From assembly GCA_010015585.1 (NCBI GenBank), contig ML975153.1: a stretch of DNA of 64,000 bases; one strand, 5' to 3'. A program made the position numbers and the translations under genes. Shown here piece after piece: positions 24,423-38,155 of the stretch. The notes below the pieces were generated by a model. That model was not told where the DNA came from, searched no databases, and saw nothing but the letters and a program-made list of their open reading frames with translations. How positions within the stretch are numbered: position 1 is the stretch's first letter; the number at the start of each line of letters is the position of its first letter. Source of the stretch: Eremomyces bilateralis CBS 781.70 (taxonomy: Eukaryota).

Positions 24423-26942
24423 CTTGAATTGAAGGGATCCAATACGTAAGATGCGTGTGCTGTGATGGACCGTGGTCAAATGTGGAGTGGGCTGGACGGG
24501 TCGAACGTTTGCGCGCGAGTTGTAGCGACTGTCGGTAGGTGATTCGCTTCGTCGGACGGGTACAGGCGGCTAATTGACCTGCAGTTCGAGCGAGGACAGT
24601 GATATCGATAAAACGATATGGATGGCAGATTTCACGAGGAAAAGGAGTTCACGACTTGAGAGCAGACCTGTGCTCCGATATCAAGGTAGAGAGTGTGTAG
24701 AGATGCTAAATCTCAGGATGATTCTGTCTGAAAAGATTGACAATGCGCTGCCACAAGAAAGGAGTCTGTGGACGAGCGAGATATATGAAGGAAGTGAATG
24801 CAAATAAGCGAGAGAGACGTCTAGCCTGTCAGTTAAGGAGAGTAAGGAGTCAACAAAAACGAAGAGCAGCACAGGGAAGATTTAAACAACCAAGGGAGAG
24901 TGGACTGGATTGGAGCGAAGGTGAGGTTGAGAACAGGAGAGTGGAAACGAATGTCAATCAATACGGGGCATGCTAGGGGAGCCGGGGGAGTGGAGGGCCG
25001 GAGTCGTCAGCGTGGCAGACGGACAGCTCTCACAGCCGTCACAGCAGTGCTGCTGTGGCGCGTGCTCCGACTGAGGTGCTGTGCGCCTGTGCGCCTGTGG
25101 GCGGTGGCCCTGTGTGAATTTCATCTTGTTAGTTACTGGCCTAATGCTGGGTAAGGCCGGCTGCTGTGGTGGTCGTGGACTGCGGGCCTGCGAGTCGAGA
25201 TTAGATTGTGTTTCCTGTCAGCCTGTCTCCAGTCCCCTTCGGTCATCCGGATACCTCCACTGTCATTCCGTCAGGTAACTTAGCCAACGACAATATAAAT
25301 CCGTTGTGTGTTGTCGGCTTGTCGCCCTGCTGTGTTGGGCCCTCGGTTTCTGCACCAATTCATGTTTCGGGAGGCTTTTCATTCTTTTGGCGTTTGTTGG
25401 GCTGGAGAGGGGATTAGTGGAGGCAGTGCGAGGTGCAAGCCAATGGGAGCCAATGGGAGCAATCGACGGACATCCCTGATTTTCTTCTGGGACTGGGCGA
25501 ACCCGGCGATCAAATTGAATGTCCATGTGGAGTCGAGGATCCGGAGAGGTGCCCAATTTCCCAACAGGAAGTGAAAACGAAAATGCTGAAGCGGCCTGTT
25601 GTGATTGTTGTATTTTCCGCTTCCAACCTTGCGCCTCATGAAACAACACACTTGCAAGCGCTGTGCGGATGTCATTTGTTCTTTGCAATTACAGGTCATT
25701 CGCGGTAAAGCAACTGGTGATTGTGGTGTCATTTGGGGGTGACACCGATTTGATGTGTTGTGTGTTTTCGAGGCTGCAGGGGCGTGGAGGTTGTTGGGTG
25801 AGCGGGTTTCATCGAGGGCAATGATTGGCCAACGGTTTTTCGGCTTTCCAGGCACTCCCGCTGCGACGCCAGGCACCACCCAGCCACCAGGCAGGAAACC
25901 GTCTCCCCGGGCGGCGGGCGCCCTCCTCTCTTCTTGGGCGGCTTCATTTCCTTCCATTGTTTCTGTTTCGTGGTTTTGTTCTTCAGCAGGGCATTTAATT
26001 ACCGTATTAGTTCCTTGCTCCATGTCCGATGCTAGAACGTGACCTTCTCCCACGCCAGATGAGCCATGACGATTGACGAACATGACGGCATTTCCTGACC
26101 TCTCTTCACTCGCCAGTCGGCCAACATAGCTATTCAATCGACTTAACCAATGACCAGTCAGCCTGTGTAGAATAATCCTACGGGATAATCGAATCCGTCC
26201 ATAGCAAGCTGAGCATGGCCCGCCCATCTCCGGCTGCCGTGCCTCTCCACTTAAGGTGTATAATTTTTTCGGTTTTCTAGCTGCAGCACACCAACCAGAC
26301 GACCGCAACAGGAAATCCTCAACGATGAAAGGATGCGACGCTGGATGGATGTTCGAGACCCGGCTCAGGTGCCATAGTTTCTCGCCGCACTTCGGATATC
26401 GTGGTCCTTGGCTGGTGGAAGACTCTGGGCACGGGCTACGTGGCTGGATGCGTGAGAACAAAGGTCGTCTCTGGAGACTGGATGTCGTTGTGGAGCACCG
26501 CACGCGGAGTTAACAGAATAACAGTAGAGCGGACATGAAGGATGCAGGTGTTTGATCTCCTGTGCAGGTTTCCTGATCCATTCCCGGATCGCGACGAGCC
26601 TTGTTGGATCGTAAGCTAAACGTACATCATGACATGCCGAACAGCCTTCAAGCCCGGAAATCGAATTGTGAGACAGTGGGAGACGTCATTTCCGGCGATG
26701 CGGATTGGTTTCTCTCGATTACATGTTACACCACAGATCTGCCTTTCGCATCGACTCATGACTGTTGGGGCTTGACTGTCGACTATTGAGGGACCGGACC
26801 GACAGTCCGACAGGTATTGGATTTCTACTCCTTGCACGACACATTCAGTTGCAACAAAACGGCCAGTCCAATCCATAATTAGGAAAAACCGAACCCTTTG
26901 TTCGAGCGCATGTAAGATCACGGTTTCGGAGCTTTCCTTGGC

Positions 26943-26981
26943 TAGACAGCATGGTTAGACAGCATGGTTAGACAGCATGGT
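26943..26981. repeat. Perfect 13-nt tandem repeat TAGACAGCATGGT x3
   Basis: Read directly. Confidence 0.95.
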
Positions 26982-27732
26982 TTGAATCACAGCCAGGGAG
27001 ACTTGGAAGGGGAAATGATGGCATACTTCAGTTGTGCAACCATCATCAGGTGGACAATTTCGCGGCAATCTTCCACCAGAGAAGCGTAGAGTAGGTATGT
27101 ACGTATGCTTATCATGCAAGAGTCCTTCAATCCTCGTGCTGCGAGAGTTGCTCAAGGTAGGCATGCGTTCTGCCCTACTAGTGGTCCAACCATGCATGAC
27201 ATACGCAATCGTTTCAGATGCAGGTGTCGATCAAATTGTTGATTCGACTGTGAGGCATATCCTTCAATTGCACGCGCATATCAGGATGGCACTCCACAGC
27301 CTGCACCTCGAAAACTCCCCACCCGACTCGCATCATGAGGTGATTAGATACACGCATCTTCGCAGGCAGAAAGGGGTCCATTTTTCCAAGCTCTTCCGTG
27401 TCACACCTGTCAAATCGTCCCGCTCGACACCTCGACTGATCTCCCCGCATCATACAGTGGGACACCAACACAGCAAGTCACAGCATCCAATAGCGGGGAG
27501 ATGACTTGCGCATGTCTTATATTCTCGACGAACACTACGTCAATTAGATCTCGACGTCGTGATTCCAGTCCAAATCATAGGTCCTCAAGCGTCACCAGTT
27601 CTGGTGATACTAGGAGACGAGCCCTTCGTGATCCCAATAAATGGTGAGCACGAGGCAGCACCTTTGCAGTGGTCCAGGAACATGTTCAAGTGGCTAGCTG
27701 ACTTGTCGAGACAGACACCGAGTACGGGGCAT

Positions 27733-29313
27733 TCAGATGGTGATATCCTCCTTTCGATAGTGATCCTGTACTATCCGGTAAAGGTATGACGGGGCGTGAG
27801 GTCCTCTGTTCATCGTTAGTGTCATTCTCGCGCTAATCATTCCGACGTCGTCCTTACAGGTTGGTGATGTATATGTCCACCAGGTCCGGTGGAACATGAT
27901 CATACAACGGATTGACCACGTCTACGTTCTCCACAAACTCCCCGTCATCGTAGTTCACGACCTTGCCAGGATCACCGTATTCGATCAGTTCGTCCAAGTC
28001 CAATGCATAGACGGGACTAAGCTTGTAGACCCCGCTCAAAACGACGACGGGCGTCTGGTGCATCTTTGCAGCCTTGGTAATGGCGTGAGCCCCCGCAGCT
28101 GCGAGGAGTCCACCGTTCGCCAGGACCGAATGTGTCGCCAAAATGACCTTGTTGACCCGGGACATGATGGCGAAAACCGCGGAGTCGGGAATCAGCACGA
28201 CGGTGATCCCCGCTGCCGTCAATGGGCTGAATCGATCATCAACATCCTCTTCTTCCTCGGCCTGTCCCTGATTCTTCCGACCCGTGACCATCGTCGCTCT
28301 CGTGTTCTTGTGGTCATTGGGGAATGACTCGACGTGGAGAACGGTGAACTTCCGCTTCTTCGCCGCCGTCAGCAGAAACTTTTGCACCGTCGTCGACGAG
28401 CTATGCGTCAGTATGATTTCGTTCGAGTGGATGTGGTCCAGGGCATAGCTCGCAATCTGGTCGTCGACCTGATCCAGTTCGTCGAGTATCTCGCGAATTC
28501 CGTCCAGAACGTCGGCCTTGAAATCATCGGGCACCGGCTTGGGCAAGTCGGTGATCGTCAGGCCTTTCAATTGGTGGATGGGCACGGGCGGATTGTCTCC
28601 ATGTCGAGGTGACTGGAAACCCCGGGGTGTAGACGCCGGAGAGGGAGTCTCTGGGCGCGAGAAGAGGCCGAAGAGGGAGGTCGCTAGGGGAGCGGCGGTA
28701 GAGTACGATGTGTGGGAGGCAGTGAGAACGGGTCGATGGACGGAACTAATCGCTTCGGAGCTGCTCTCGGAGGGATGAGGCGAGGAATCGATCGGATGGC
28801 CAGCTCCTGAATGATCGAGTGGACTGGATGTGGAGATGCTCGAAGGCAGACCGGGATGGTGAGAAGGCTCACGAGGCGTTGACAACGGTTGTATGCTCGA
28901 GGGAGACTCGCTGATTGGCGACCCTTCCGTGACTTCGTCGCCCTCGATGACTTCCCGGATCAAGGCCAGCACCCGACGCACGATATTGCCCACCGCCATT
29001 TCCCGCGGCTGCGCAGTGATGAGTTTCTGCCCGACATGTCGAACGCGGGAGATGAGTATGTCGCTGTCTTTTCCCTTGAATTCGGCGACCACCTGGAGAA
29101 GCAATTGGGTGGTTGCGATGGCGCAAGGGCGGGAATTGTGGATTTGACGTCGCTTGAGGAGTCTGGTGACAAAGTCAGTATGGGCCGCTATGAGATTGCG
29201 AGGCGTGTGTCCTACGAAATGAGGTGCTCTATTGATGCTTCTACCGGGTCGTTTTTGAGCGACCTAAGGAAGCTGGCCAGGCCCGGAGTCATAGAAACTG
29301 TACGGGCTGGCAT
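27733..29313 (-). CDS. GCD7: Translation initiation factor eIF2B subunit beta; 3 exons
   Basis: AQPREMAVGNIVRRVL, ALDHIHSNEIILT, DSAVFAIMSRVNKVIL, VYKLSPVY, NPLYDHVPPDLVDIYITNL; last exon GPHAPSYLYRIVQDHY. Confidence 0.94.
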
Positions 29314-30106
29314 TTTGGTAGAGATAAGGTATATATCGTGTGGTATCTTGAAGGCGAAAGAGAACCTTTGGGGAGAAAATGTGACAGTGAGTCACTAGTA
29401 ATAATGGCTCTCCGCGAGCGACTAGGAGGGGTATGCAACAGCTATTGATGTCTGATGATATCAAACTTCATAGCGAGAATCTAGCCTGAAATCTGAAAGC
29501 CACTAATTACCTGTACTAACTAGGCATAGAACGGAGTATGAAGTATGAAATTCGACCTTGAAGCGTGGGAACGGGATCGGCATTAAGGATGATTCCGATG
29601 GGCGAGGGGAGGGAGTTTGGACTTTTTAGCCGTTGGGGGTTTGGCTTGTGCAGGAATTCCATTGCACGTCATGCGCTGCTCTCTCTTCATCAACCTTACC
29701 ACTTTACCACTGACCACTTCCTAGTCCTGTAGCCAGCAGTGTGATATCAACCTCCACCTCATCACCCATCTCTCCGCCCTCAAGAATTCCCATCCACGGA
29801 GGTGCCCCTTTGCGTCCCGCGCTTTCATCCGTTGCGCATTTGGAAATCCGACCGCGCTTCTGCATCGACTTAATTGAGGGCCTCCCATGTGAATCTCCAG
29901 TGTCGCAAGTTGCATCTCGTCTCTGTTCGCTACTACAAGTATGGATCCATCAAGTCCATACTGATTCGCATCGAGTATCCCCTCTACCCACAATCTGGAT
30001 GCGACTATCCTCGCTCTCTCTTTCTTTCTGCTACCTCTGGTCTTTCGATTGTATATCCCAGCTATATCCGTATCACGCTTACTTTCCCTCATGAGTGGTT
30101 GTCGGC

Positions 30107-31805
30107 ATGACCTTTCTGAACCTCCTGTCTGGACTCGATATCTCACCAACCGCACCATTTACCTCGTCACATTCTGCGTCCCAATTCCTGGACACTAGCG
30201 CCGGTTCCACCACCGACACCATTATACCCACAGTCTATGAGAAAGAGGAGGATTCACGTACATTGGTCGACGAGAAACCCCGGTCGAGGATGAGCTCCGA
30301 GACCGCCGCGTCCGACCGTGGGTCGAGTAAGAGGAGTATCGATGCCGATGAAAAATCCCCACTCCTTGGCGACGGTCCTCCCGATCACATTGAAGGTGTC
30401 AATATGGGCAGATCCTGGCACTTTATCCCGAAAACCCTTGCTGCCGCTTTTGTTGGCGCAATCCGGGCAATCCTCTCCGCTGTCATGAGCCCTCTTCGTT
30501 ACATCGCGGCTTGGTTCTATAACGACCAAGAACGTTTCTCCATTTACTACCCCGCGGTCCAGATATCTCGCCTCCTCTGGCCCAGGCAAAGGAGGCGGAA
30601 AACAAGTCCGCAAACGACACGGACGGGCAGTGGGAATACGGATTCCGCAGACGGCGAAAAATCGACATCTACCCGCCAGAAGAAGAGCAGGCGAACGCCT
30701 TCCGTAGCATCCAGTTCGACCGCAGTCGCGTCCGACTCGGAGGCGGATTCCGGAACCTCGCGGCAAAAGCCGAGGAAAGAAGAGATCCCATCCAAATCCG
30801 TGCGAGCAAAGGGCCCGATCCGAGCGAGCGATGACATAACTCCGTCCCGGCGCTCGATACGGATAAAGCTATACAACGAAGACGTCGAGAAGCAACGAAA
30901 AGAGCGACGAACGGGCTCCTCCGGTGCCCAATCCAAGGACTCCTCGGACCCGGTCGCCGCCGCCGCCGCGTCATTAAAATCTCCGACGAGCCCTCCCTCG
31001 GCCACGTCGTCGAAAATCACCCGATATCCACGCGCTCCCGTTCCGCCTCGACCCCTCATCCCTAAGCGGCAGCCGTCCTATTCCATCGAAAATAAAGTAG
31101 AGTTCGGCAAACATCAGAAAACGTTGATCATTGACTTAGACGAAACTCTAATACATAGCGTGGCCAAAGGGGGACGGTATACCACGGGGCATATGGTGGA
31201 GGTTAAGATTTCCCAGTCTATTGGCGCGAATGGAGTGACCATCGGGCCCCAAGTGCCTATTCTGTATTATGTTCACAAGCGACCATATTGCGACGAGTTT
31301 CTGAGAAAGGTATGTGTGGCTAAAGTCCAGCCTCGTGGGTTTATTACAATTGCTGACCGCTGTTGGACTTCCAGGTCTGCAAGTGGTACAACCTGATCGT
31401 GTTCACCGCGTCCGTCCAGGAGTATGCGGATCCCGTGATCGATTGGCTGGAGTTGGAGCGGAAGTACTTCATCCGACGGCTCTATCGACAGCATTGTACG
31501 TTCAGAAACGGCGCCTACATTAAGGACCTCAGCCATGTTGAGCCCGACCTGAGCAAAGCAATGATCATCGATAACAGTCCGATCAGCTACGTGTTCCATG
31601 AAGGTATGATTTGCAATGCAGCTCAGGTGACATAGTTCAGCGCTAAGAACATTACATAGACAACGCAATACCGATTGAAGGTTGGATCAACGACCCCACT
31701 GACAATGACCTGCTGCACTTAATCCCACTGTTGGAAGGATTGCAGTACGCAACGGATGTGAGAGCACTACTATCGTTACGTATGGGACAGCCGCAAATGG
31801 CATGA
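30107..31805 (+). CDS. NEM1: Nem1-like FCP/SCP (NIF) HAD phosphatase, catalytic subunit of Nem1-Spo7 (introns 31310-31374, 31604-31659)
   Basis: KTLIIDLDETLIHS, GHMVEVK, LYYVHKRPYCDEFL, FTASVQEYADPVIDWLE, IIDNSP, DNAIPIEGWINDPTD; N-terminal hydrophobic segment. Confidence 0.9.
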
Positions 31806-32069
31806 CGATTGCATATACTTTGCAGTGGAAATGACGGTCAATCATCGGCCTATCCATATGGCTACATTCACTTACACGCACGCAAATGAAGATACCCAAT
31901 TCGATTCGGAAACGCTCGGTCATTTGATGTAGGATAAGATGTGCTTGTTTTAGGGTTTCTATCTAAAGGATCTGCTAGTGTCTCGTAAGAAGGGTCAGTA
32001 TCAACCACCCTCGCGCAAGGCCTCTGTACATGGATATCTCGGATTTCACAGCACACGGCTCCGGAGGTC

Positions 32070-34801
32070 TCATTGCAGCCTCTCCTTTGCCGGCACCGTG
32101 TCCGTCAATGCCTGTGCAGTAGCCGCTCGTTCCTCATAAAGCCGTCGTAAGTCATCAACAGATTGTTTCCGCAAATCCAATCTCCCGACCGCCTGTCGCC
32201 GTTGTTCCTTTGCTGAACTGTCTGGTTCCTGAGGCGCGGAATGTATGCGTTTTAAGAGACCCGCCGAGGGACTCTTCACTCGTCGGATTCCCTGGACGGG
32301 TGGACCCGGGTTCTGGGGGGGTTGGAGAGAGGGCCGACCGTATTTAAGGCCTTGGAGGACGGGTCCTGGGATGATTGGCCGAGCCAACGAATTGATAGAT
32401 GGAGACCGTGGTTTTCCCGGTGGCTGAGTGGCCGACTCCTTCGCCCGTGCAGGGGCGCTTTCTATACTTTGTGATACTTTCCCGGCCCTCGCAGGCCACA
32501 GAGGCTTTGCGAAAGTGGGAGCAGAGGTTTGGAATTGGCCCGCACCCACGGCCGATCCACCGGATTCACTGCTGAACGGATACGCGGACTCATCGCCAAC
32601 TCTCGTCGCTGATTGTCGTCGCGCACTGTCCGTGGCGATCACCTCTCGAGCCAGACGGGCCGCATCAGACGCACTCGGTCCCGATTCGCGATTGCGATTA
32701 TCGCTTTCCAAGTTCTGGACCTGCTCAACGGTCAGGGCGTTTCGCTTGGGAAGCGATATGACAGGAAGGGGCACGGAGACTTCTTTACCTCCGAATTGCG
32801 GCTCTTTGCTGTCCGATTGCGCGACATCCGATGGTCGCGGCGGACCAAATCCATCCGCCACCCTCCCAGTGTAAGTCGGTGACTGGGCCACCGCAACGTT
32901 ATCGTTATCGACAGGGAATATGGTTGAGTATGTTGGAGGTGCTGCGAGATTCGGTGTGGGTTTGCGCTGCAATACATTGGCAGATGTCGATCTGCTGCCC
33001 AGCTGTGGAGACGGCCGAGGAGGCAGCGGAGGTGGCGGAGCGAATTGCTCTTCGGCACCATCATTCTCTCGGAGGGCAATGCCTGTCATTTGCTTTACAT
33101 AGTCTTGTGGTGTCTCATCCCCTGCTCGCGGTCTTTCCAGTGGATCATCGTAGTCGTCAACATCCGGCGGAGTTTCCAGATCTGATTCGAATTGGCCGGA
33201 GCTGATGTCGCACGCCTCTCTAAGGCCTTGAGACCAGAATTGAATAGCGGAAGCTAGGATCCGGCGAATGACGGATGAGATCTTGGCGTCCTCAATCTGG
33301 TCTGGGCCGCACAGCATCGAGGGCGCAAAACACACCGACAGATTCTCCGCATTCATTTTGTTGGACGGCTCGTATTCCGTGATGGCCGCCAACATCGGGA
33401 GCAGGTGTCGAATCAAAATCTGTCGTGACAGATCCGGTAGAGGCGACCATTCAGATGCTGGCGATATTAGCTCTTCCATATCCTCCAACAAGAAATCGGG
33501 CTTCTGGCTGTATCGCTGTCGGAGGGCGCCGTAGGAGCCATGGGGAACGATTGGCTGGCGGAGTTCCGAATACCAATTCTTGATCAGCCCCGCGGCTAAA
33601 TGGACACCGTAGCACTGGGAAGGATGGAGTTCTGAGATGACCGACTCCGCATCGACAGCGTTCGGATAATTCGGTACCGGATAGGTTACCCCATTCTCGC
33701 TCCAGATGATAAATTTCTGGCCTCGATCGTACGCTTCTCGGATGATCTCCTTGACTTTGGAGTAGGGTGCGACCCTGAAAATGCCCTCAGTCTTGGGATT
33801 GTCGCCCATGAAAATGAAAGACGTTGTTTCACGCAGCACCCTTGGAAATCTTGCGTTGCCTTTTCGTGATTTCGGCAGAGGATTCCTAGCGCCAAATGCT
33901 CGTTTCCCACTACTATATGGGGCATATATGTCAGGAGACAGTCTCCTATCGTGTAGATAGGCTGATGTCGGGATCAACAAATTCTCGATAGGGATTGACA
34001 GCGCAAGCTGTGTGAGAGAAGACACTGCACAATACGTCAGCACAGTCAGGGGGGGGTGTCAGTGCTAGTCAGGAAATCCGGCACTTGAGTATTTGGAGTT
34101 GAAAACAGTGGGAGAATGGACTAAGCCAGGATTTGGAGGGGGTCAGTGGCCCCGAACACCATCCTGCTGTCGGTTGAAATTCCATGACAATGTAGGTTCC
34201 GATTTTGGGTAGCTTCTGACTCAGGGATCTCGAATGTATAAGGCAAAAGAAATGAAGATGATATGTAAAACTTGACTGTGCAAGACACAGTATCAACCAA
34301 CTCACCGTGATATATCTTCCGTCGAAATTTAGGACTAACGATAGTAGAGAACATCTCTACCAGGATCCGGACCCAACTACGTTCGTGCACGATGTAGAGT
34401 CTCTGCAGCCGTTTCCGCATGATGCGCGAAAGAACATAATATGCTTGAATGAACCAACCCCAGCCCGGGCGATGTGGCTTTGGAATAGACGTGTTGGTTT
34501 CAACACCTCCACCAGCGAAGAAAATGACCTCATATCCCGAGCCCTGGAGCAACTCATCCTCCCCTGGGAGTCGGTCTAGTACATATGGAAGCAGATCATT
34601 GTAGTCGACCTCGTGAGAATCGGGAAATGCCGCGGAATTGAGAATGAAGATGGGCAGCCCTGTCTGGGAGGGAATAGGAGAGCGGTATAAGATGGTGCTT
34701 GCTACTTCCGCCAGCTCAGATGAGAACTCGGCTTCGGAGGGTTTCGGAGGAATTGCACTTAAGTTTGAATCGCGATTGCGATGAACCAGTGGATTCTTCA
34801 T
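32070..34801 (-). CDS. ECM25: CRAL-TRIO/BCH + RhoGAP protein (Ecm25-like); intron 34025-34305
   Basis: BCH segment (YEVIFFAGG, RKRLQRLYIVHERSWVRIL...VSPKFRRKI) followed by RhoGAP motifs (TEGIFRV, NKMNAENLSVCFAPSML) and a Pro-rich tail. Confidence 0.85.
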
Positions 34802-35306
34802 CCCGATAATGCTGGACGGGCTTGTTAAAATGCATCAATAACCATATACACAGCTCATCATCCGAGGTGTCAACAGAACCGATATGAGGGACTCCGGGAC
34901 TGTCCAAGAGGGGTATGGTATTCCAATAGTCCAAAAGGATAGTGTTAACAATGTGTATAATAGTAGAAGGTGAGTCGAACGATGGTAATGCTCAACGCAT
35001 GAGCCGAGTATTCATACGGAATACTTACAGGTCAAACAAATGATGAATGTGTGAAGCGATTCATAGTTGCACTGCAAGGATTATGTGGCAGCACATCACC
35101 GTCTGGCGTCTGTGCACCTCATCAACATCACAGGACACAGGACACAGATTCACAGGCTCACAGCAGCAAGGAAAATAAGAATGCAACCGCCGAATCCGCA
35201 ATCTGACACGTTAATCGCGAAGTACTCGACCTCCAAATACTCTATCCCAACCCTGTGGGCCGTGACAAAGCACGGATCTATGTTAACATCATAGTATTTC
35301 TGCACA

Positions 35307-36427
35307 ATGATATCTTGGGGAACGTACGTCAAGTCCTTGCGGAATCCGGGTCAACAGTGCCGTCTTGCTAACATGCGTATTAAAGTGTCCAGACTCTCCT
35401 CATCACCCTGGGGCCATTACTCCTTCCCAAACTCATAGCCTTTGTTCAATCGATACGATCGGCGTCAAAACTACCAAATAATGTCATCCAACGCTGCCCT
35501 CCAAGGGTTGCTTATACCCTGAACCTGCTGCTCATGAGCGCAGTCGTCGCCCTCCTCTTCACCCTGCCAGCCCTGAGCCCCGAGAACATTTTCAAGGCAA
35601 CTGGTTCCCGACTAAGAACTCCGACGGATGAGTTGTTCAACCGCCTCAAGGCATTGCACCCACTCACGCCTACCGACGAGGCACTGAAGCGGAAGTTCGT
35701 TTCGCTCGAATCGCGCCTTTTGTACTTTCAATACGGACCTGATGTGCTGGCTTCGTGTCAATTTTGCACGTCCGATGACCTGAACAGCTACTATTATTAT
35801 GCAATCCCTTCGGTCCTTTTCATCCATCTAGCACATATCGCTGTGCTTGGGGTTGTCACCTCATCGCTCCTCTCCGGAAGATATGGAGCACGGTGGAGGA
35901 CTCACGCAACAATTACTGGGGCGTCATTGGCTGCAATAGAACTGTGGGTGCTGTCAATATACCCCCTAACCCAAAACACCAAGGCGACGAAGCTGTCCGA
36001 GATCAATCACTTCTACTGGCGCATGAGGCTCGTTCGAGGGATAGCGTTCGCTCTCGCGGATAGCCTCCTTGGACTGGCCATCTGGCTATGCGCAACCAAT
36101 CGCTGGCTAGTGACGCCGCCAACAGTGTCAGAACGACTAGATGCAAGCACCCGTGCTATGGAGATCATCAGTACGAAACTGGTTGCTCTTGGGGCGATGC
36201 GTAACGCCATCTTTCGGAATGGCCCGCTGCGTGAGCGGACAGAGCACTACTGGCGCGAAGAATCGGACGTGATGCATGAGGTCCTCGAAGACCGAGACGT
36301 CTTGGATGGGACGAAAAATGCCCTCACAAGGATGGATTTGGATAAGATCACGACTGCTGCGGATCAGTGGTCCGGGGACATCATGATCAAGCTACAGGCT
36401 AGCGAAGAACCAACAAATACAGAATAG
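35307..36427 (+). CDS. Conserved fungal multi-pass membrane protein of unknown function (intron 35324-35385)
   Basis: MISWGT|VQTLLITLGPLLLPK joins in frame to the 297-aa ORF (PENIF..T.SRL, SRLLYFQYGPDVLASCQFC); several hydrophobic helices. Confidence 0.8.
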
Positions 36428-36580
36428 AAATCTACGCCTCGATCTCATATTTGCTGAAGAGCTATCGGATGTTTTCAAGACGGTGCAAGAAGGAACATAT
36501 CCCTCATCATTCATTTCCAATTCGTCCTTTCATTCCCACAAATGCGCCATATACCCCCAGATACATAGGACAGAGGGTTC

Positions 36581-37864
36581 TTAGCTTTGCTCTTCCACCA
36601 CGATACCCCATTCATGGTGTTCTTTTCCATACATAATATCTGAAAGCCAAGTCTTGATCTGCTTGGTGTACGGGCCTGCTTCGCCTGCGGTCATCGGCAC
36701 ACGTATGTCCGTCCCCCGGAAATGAATTTCCTGAACAGGTGAGATGAAGAAGGCGGTACCAGCCGCGAACGCTTCAAGCAGCCTCCCGTCTCCGGCGGCT
36801 TGCACAATTTCGTCCATCTGGATATTCCGTTCCACGATATCCAGTCCTTGAACATTCTCGGTGGACTCGCTCAACCTTTCCCTGACCAATTGCAGAACCG
36901 ATCGGCGAGTGACTCCGTCTAGGATGATTTTGCGATCCAATGGCGCAGTCACCAGTTCTGTGGCTCCAGATCGAGTTCTCCAAACCACGAAGAAGTTCGA
37001 CGCACCGGCTTCCGTGACTTCGCAGTTGTCGCCGAACAGCCACAGAATCTGGTTATATCCCGCCTTGCGAGCCTCTCCTTGCGCAACAAGCGAGGGACCG
37101 TAGTTCGCTCCGACTTTCGCATGTCCGAATCCACCGGGCCAGGCGCGAATCGTATCGTCTCCGCTTGCAAGAAGTTTCATACCCTGAGGGCTTCCGTCGG
37201 CGCCGATAGTCGGGGCATCGAGTCGAGGAAAGCACGTTAATATAACGTATAAAAGAGCTTCGTTCGGCCTCTGCACTCCGAGTGCTGGATCTGAAGCGAT
37301 CATCGTCGGTCTGAGATAGAGGAACGACCCCGGTTCGTCTTTCGGTAACCACTTCGGTCCGTCCGTCGCACATAGTTTCATGATGAGCTTCAACAACTCG
37401 GTCGGAGCAAATGCAGGCAGGGCAATCCGCGTTGCTGAATTCAGCATTCGTGCTGCGTTCAGATTCGCTCGGAACAGCCGCAGCTTCCCGTCATATCCGC
37501 GATAAAGCTTCAACCCTTCAAAGCATTCGGTGGCGTAGTGGAGGCAAGAAGCGGTCGGCATCAGGCTCAACGGACCATATGGTTGGAGAGCGGGAGCATG
37601 CCATCCTTCTTTCACCGTCCATTTGGCCGTGATCATATGGTCCGTACATATGTTTTGAGCGGCAATTTCCGGACTTCCAGGAACGGGTACGGGTCGAGGC
37701 GATGCGGTGTATGTTGATGTTATTCGCGAGGCATCTAACTCGGCAAGCTGAACGCCAGACACGCCATTGGCGCCATTGGTCAAGGAATGTGCGGTCTTCG
37801 ATAATGCGCTGGAGACTCCAGCCGATGTGAGTTGGGAGGTCGTATCGATGGCGGCGGGAGGCAT
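36581..37864 (-). CDS. Branched-chain amino acid aminotransferase (PLP class IV), intronless, probably cytosolic
   Basis: TDHMI, LHYATECFEGLKLYRG, LYLRPTMI, RAWPGGFGHAKVGANYGP, QILWLFG, TEAGASNFF, ILDGVTRRS, EAFAAGTA. Confidence 0.95.
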   Translation of the reverse strand: MPPAAIDTTSQLTSAGVSSALSKTAHSLTNGANGVSGVQLAELDASRITSTYTASPRPVPVPGSPEIAAQNICTDHMITAKWTVKEGWHAPALQPYGPLSLMPTASCLHYATECFEGLKLYRGYDGKLRLFRANLNAARMLNSATRIALPAFAPTELLKLIMKLCATDGPKWLPKDEPGSFLYLRPTMIASDPALGVQRPNEALLYVILTCFPRLDAPTIGADGSPQGMKLLASGDDTIRAWPGGFGHAKVGANYGPSLVAQGEARKAGYNQILWLFGDNCEVTEAGASNFFVVWRTRSGATELVTAPLDRKIILDGVTRRSVLQLVRERLSESTENVQGLDIVERNIQMDEIVQAAGDGRLLEAFAAGTAFFISPVQEIHFRGTDIRVPMTAGEAGPYTKQIKTWLSDIMYGKEHHEWGIVVEEQS

Positions 37865-38145
37865 TTTTTGGGATGGGCGGACGGGATCGAGCTGAAGGGA
37901 AGGCGATCGGTCAGAAGGATGAATGACAATGAAATATAATCAAGGTTAAGAGTCAGCTATATATCAATTGCTTTGGAAACTGGTGACTGGGTCTCGGATT
38001 CTAACACGGATGCAATTTCTGTGAGGAGAGTCGGAGTTGCACAGTCATAACTCATATATGCACGTATGTCACGGACTTGATATTGGTAATGACTCCGAAA
38101 TCGCGAATTCTTTGTTGGACCCTCTCTTCGCCCCTCCAACCCTCG

Positions 38146-38155
38146 CCGGTTTCGG
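38146..38155. promoter_or_regulatory. Putative Leu3/LeuB binding site CCG-N4-CGG upstream of BCAT
   Basis: CCGGTTTCGG lies about 280 nt upstream of the BCAT ATG. TGACTC (Gcn4/CpcA-type) cores at 37950-37955 (minus strand), 38090-38095 and 38570-38575. Confidence 0.55.
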
